Of a stretch of DNA of 64,000 bases, positions 62,078 through 64,000 are shown one piece after another. Where the stretch lies: contig OZ037768.1 of assembly GCA_964035545.1 (NCBI GenBank), positions 9,394,741 through 9,458,740 of the forward strand. Direction: 5' to 3'. Both the position numbers and the translations under genes were made by a program. The stretch is from Bugula neritina. Taxonomy: Eukaryota; Animalia; Bryozoa. A model generated the notes under the pieces. The model saw only the letters and a program-made list of their open reading frames with translations, was not told the origin of the DNA and did not search any database. Position 1 is the first letter of the stretch, and every line of letters starts with the position of its first letter.

Positions 62078-63934
62078 GTGAGTTTACTTTGAAAAGATAA
62101 TTAATGAGGTTTTTCCTTCTAAATTTATTTTGTCTGATATTTTAATTGCGTTGAGCAAATAACTAAACACACTTAGACTGTTGTATTATTACTTCATAAA
62201 GTTTAGAATCTAAATTGCTAGTCAAAAGTTAAGAAAAAATTCTTTGTGAGTTAAATTATTAAGATTAAATATTATTTTCAACTTTAACTTGCATACTTTC
62301 AAGAACTTGTATAAAGAGAGCTATTGAATGTCGATCGAAGTTTTCATCATCCAACTATTTATGGTTCTTATATTGCTGAAAGTGAATAGAACTTTGCTTT
62401 TTAAAGAAATAACTATATATTAGTTTAAGCAATTAGTTTTTAGACTACAGAAATAATTTTTCACTTGAAATATTGTAGATCATGTCACCAGTTGAACTTT
62501 AAAAACTTGCGTGTATGAAATGGTTTATGGCTAAGATACATGAATATCTACAAATATTACAAATCTGCAATACTTTGCATTCTATATGAAAAGTTTACAG
62601 ATTTAGTATTTAATGCTAACTAAAGTAGCATTTGCTTCAAAGATGAGTAATGCAAAATTAATTTATGTAAAATGGAGAATGATTAGCCTTGGACAAGTTT
62701 ACAATTTAGACTCATGCCTGTGGTTTTATACTTTCATTAATTACTATTTTCTTATATTCTATTAGGGATACTAATTTCTCCAGCAATTGATTCTAAATTA
62801 TAGCAAAGGTTTAAAATTTCTTGTTCACGAAGCAAAATAATTTGTAGCTGCAATATTTTTGTGCTAAAATTTAAAAGAGTTCAACTCCATCAATCGATCT
62901 GTTTGGTATGCTGCAATAAGGAGTTTTTACTTTTGAAGCTCATATTATGTTTTTGCCTAGCACAGGATAAAAACAGTGTATGTAGTCTAAGAGAGCAAAA
63001 CTGGTATTGTTGTTGTTAAATTATATATTAATGAGACATTCAATAAAGATTTTTATATTTTGTATGATATCATATATTCCAACATCATGGTTCACGTCAC
63101 CAGATTTTTATGCTAAAGAGATTGAGCAACTTTCAAGCTTTTTGACTTTCAAAACAGTGTTATGAGCTATAATCTAACAACTATTATGTGCAGTTTAATT
63201 CACTACAGTTGGACAGTGTAGTATGTGCTACATCATAAAGTTGCTTGTACATGTGAACAAAATTCAAGTTATAATGACTTGTATAAATGTGCAATTATGC
63301 AAAAATTAGATTATATGGTCTATGACGTTTATTGTCATCTAGCATATACCTGCATACACCATCCTTAAAACATTTACCTTCAATCTAAAATTACAACATG
63401 CGCAATAAGTTACCTTTTATTTATTTTCAAAAAAATTGAATTATAGCGGTGACATGTATTGATTAAACATGTCACAAATTAGTTTCAAACTTGTTTTATG
63501 CTAATTTTATGTAAATTAGGCTGAACATGTGGAGAAACATAAAATTTAGTTTTACACCTTTAATTTCCCTTTGATAAGAATTAGTTTGTAAATTATCAGA
63601 GTCTCATTATATAAGAACAGTTTAAATTTTTAAACTCTCTTTGCTAGAAAAAAAGTTAGTTAATATTTTTCAACTACAAGAATTTCGTGGGTTTCCAGTC
63701 ACAATTATTGCTTTAGAAACTGTTGAGGGAGAAAGTTTTAAGCTATTGATTAAATTTTTTTATAAAGCAAGCAGCTCTACTGTAACATATAATTGCACAA
63801 AAAATATTGTTGAAAATAACGGCTAGTTATACTATTTTTTAAATTTTTGATTGACCATTTATAGCACTTTTTATTATTTCTGCTTACTAATTTATTCAAG
63901 CTTGTACTTAGGTTATATAGTTTATACTTTAAAA

Positions 63935-64000
63935 AGGGATCAGGGGTTAGAGCTTTTGGCTTAATAAACACAAAGTCATGGGCTCGAACCCCAGTAAAGG
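63935..64000 (+). mobile_element. Degenerate tRNA-like/SINE head at the window edge
   Basis: GATCAGGGGTTAGAGC followed by B-box-like GGCTCGAACCCC; truncated by the window end. Confidence 0.3.

Overview
AT-rich invertebrate animal genomic DNA (species not determinable here) with seven spliceosomal genes: 5' half of a Piwi gene (-), a GDPD1/3-like lysophospholipase D with an intronless CDS (-), an ankyrin-repeat/SOCS-box gene (-) head-to-head with AMPK alpha (+), HIBCH (+) tail-to-tail with a TMUB-like gene (-), and exon 1 of an Nkx6 homeobox gene (+) behind about 13 kb of gene-free DNA. Mobile DNA: an internally deleted Bel/Pao LTR element, a 3.2-kb long-TIR PHIS/ISL2EU-like element with a nested Harbinger MITE, further MITEs, LINE relics and tRNA-like SINE heads. 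Main discovery: all six non-homeobox genes carry a roughly 0.6-1.3 kb tract just downstream of the inferred promoter, inside intron 1, built from a strand-symmetric 6-bp lattice (A-N-W-N-T-N)n that is not a tandem repeat of one unit; I could not see it at Nkx6, in distal introns or in intergenic DNA. Second highlight: the two LTRs of the Bel/Pao element differ by precise loss of a 217-bp GT-AG intron. All calls were read by eye; TSS positions are inferred and the periodicity has not been quantified.
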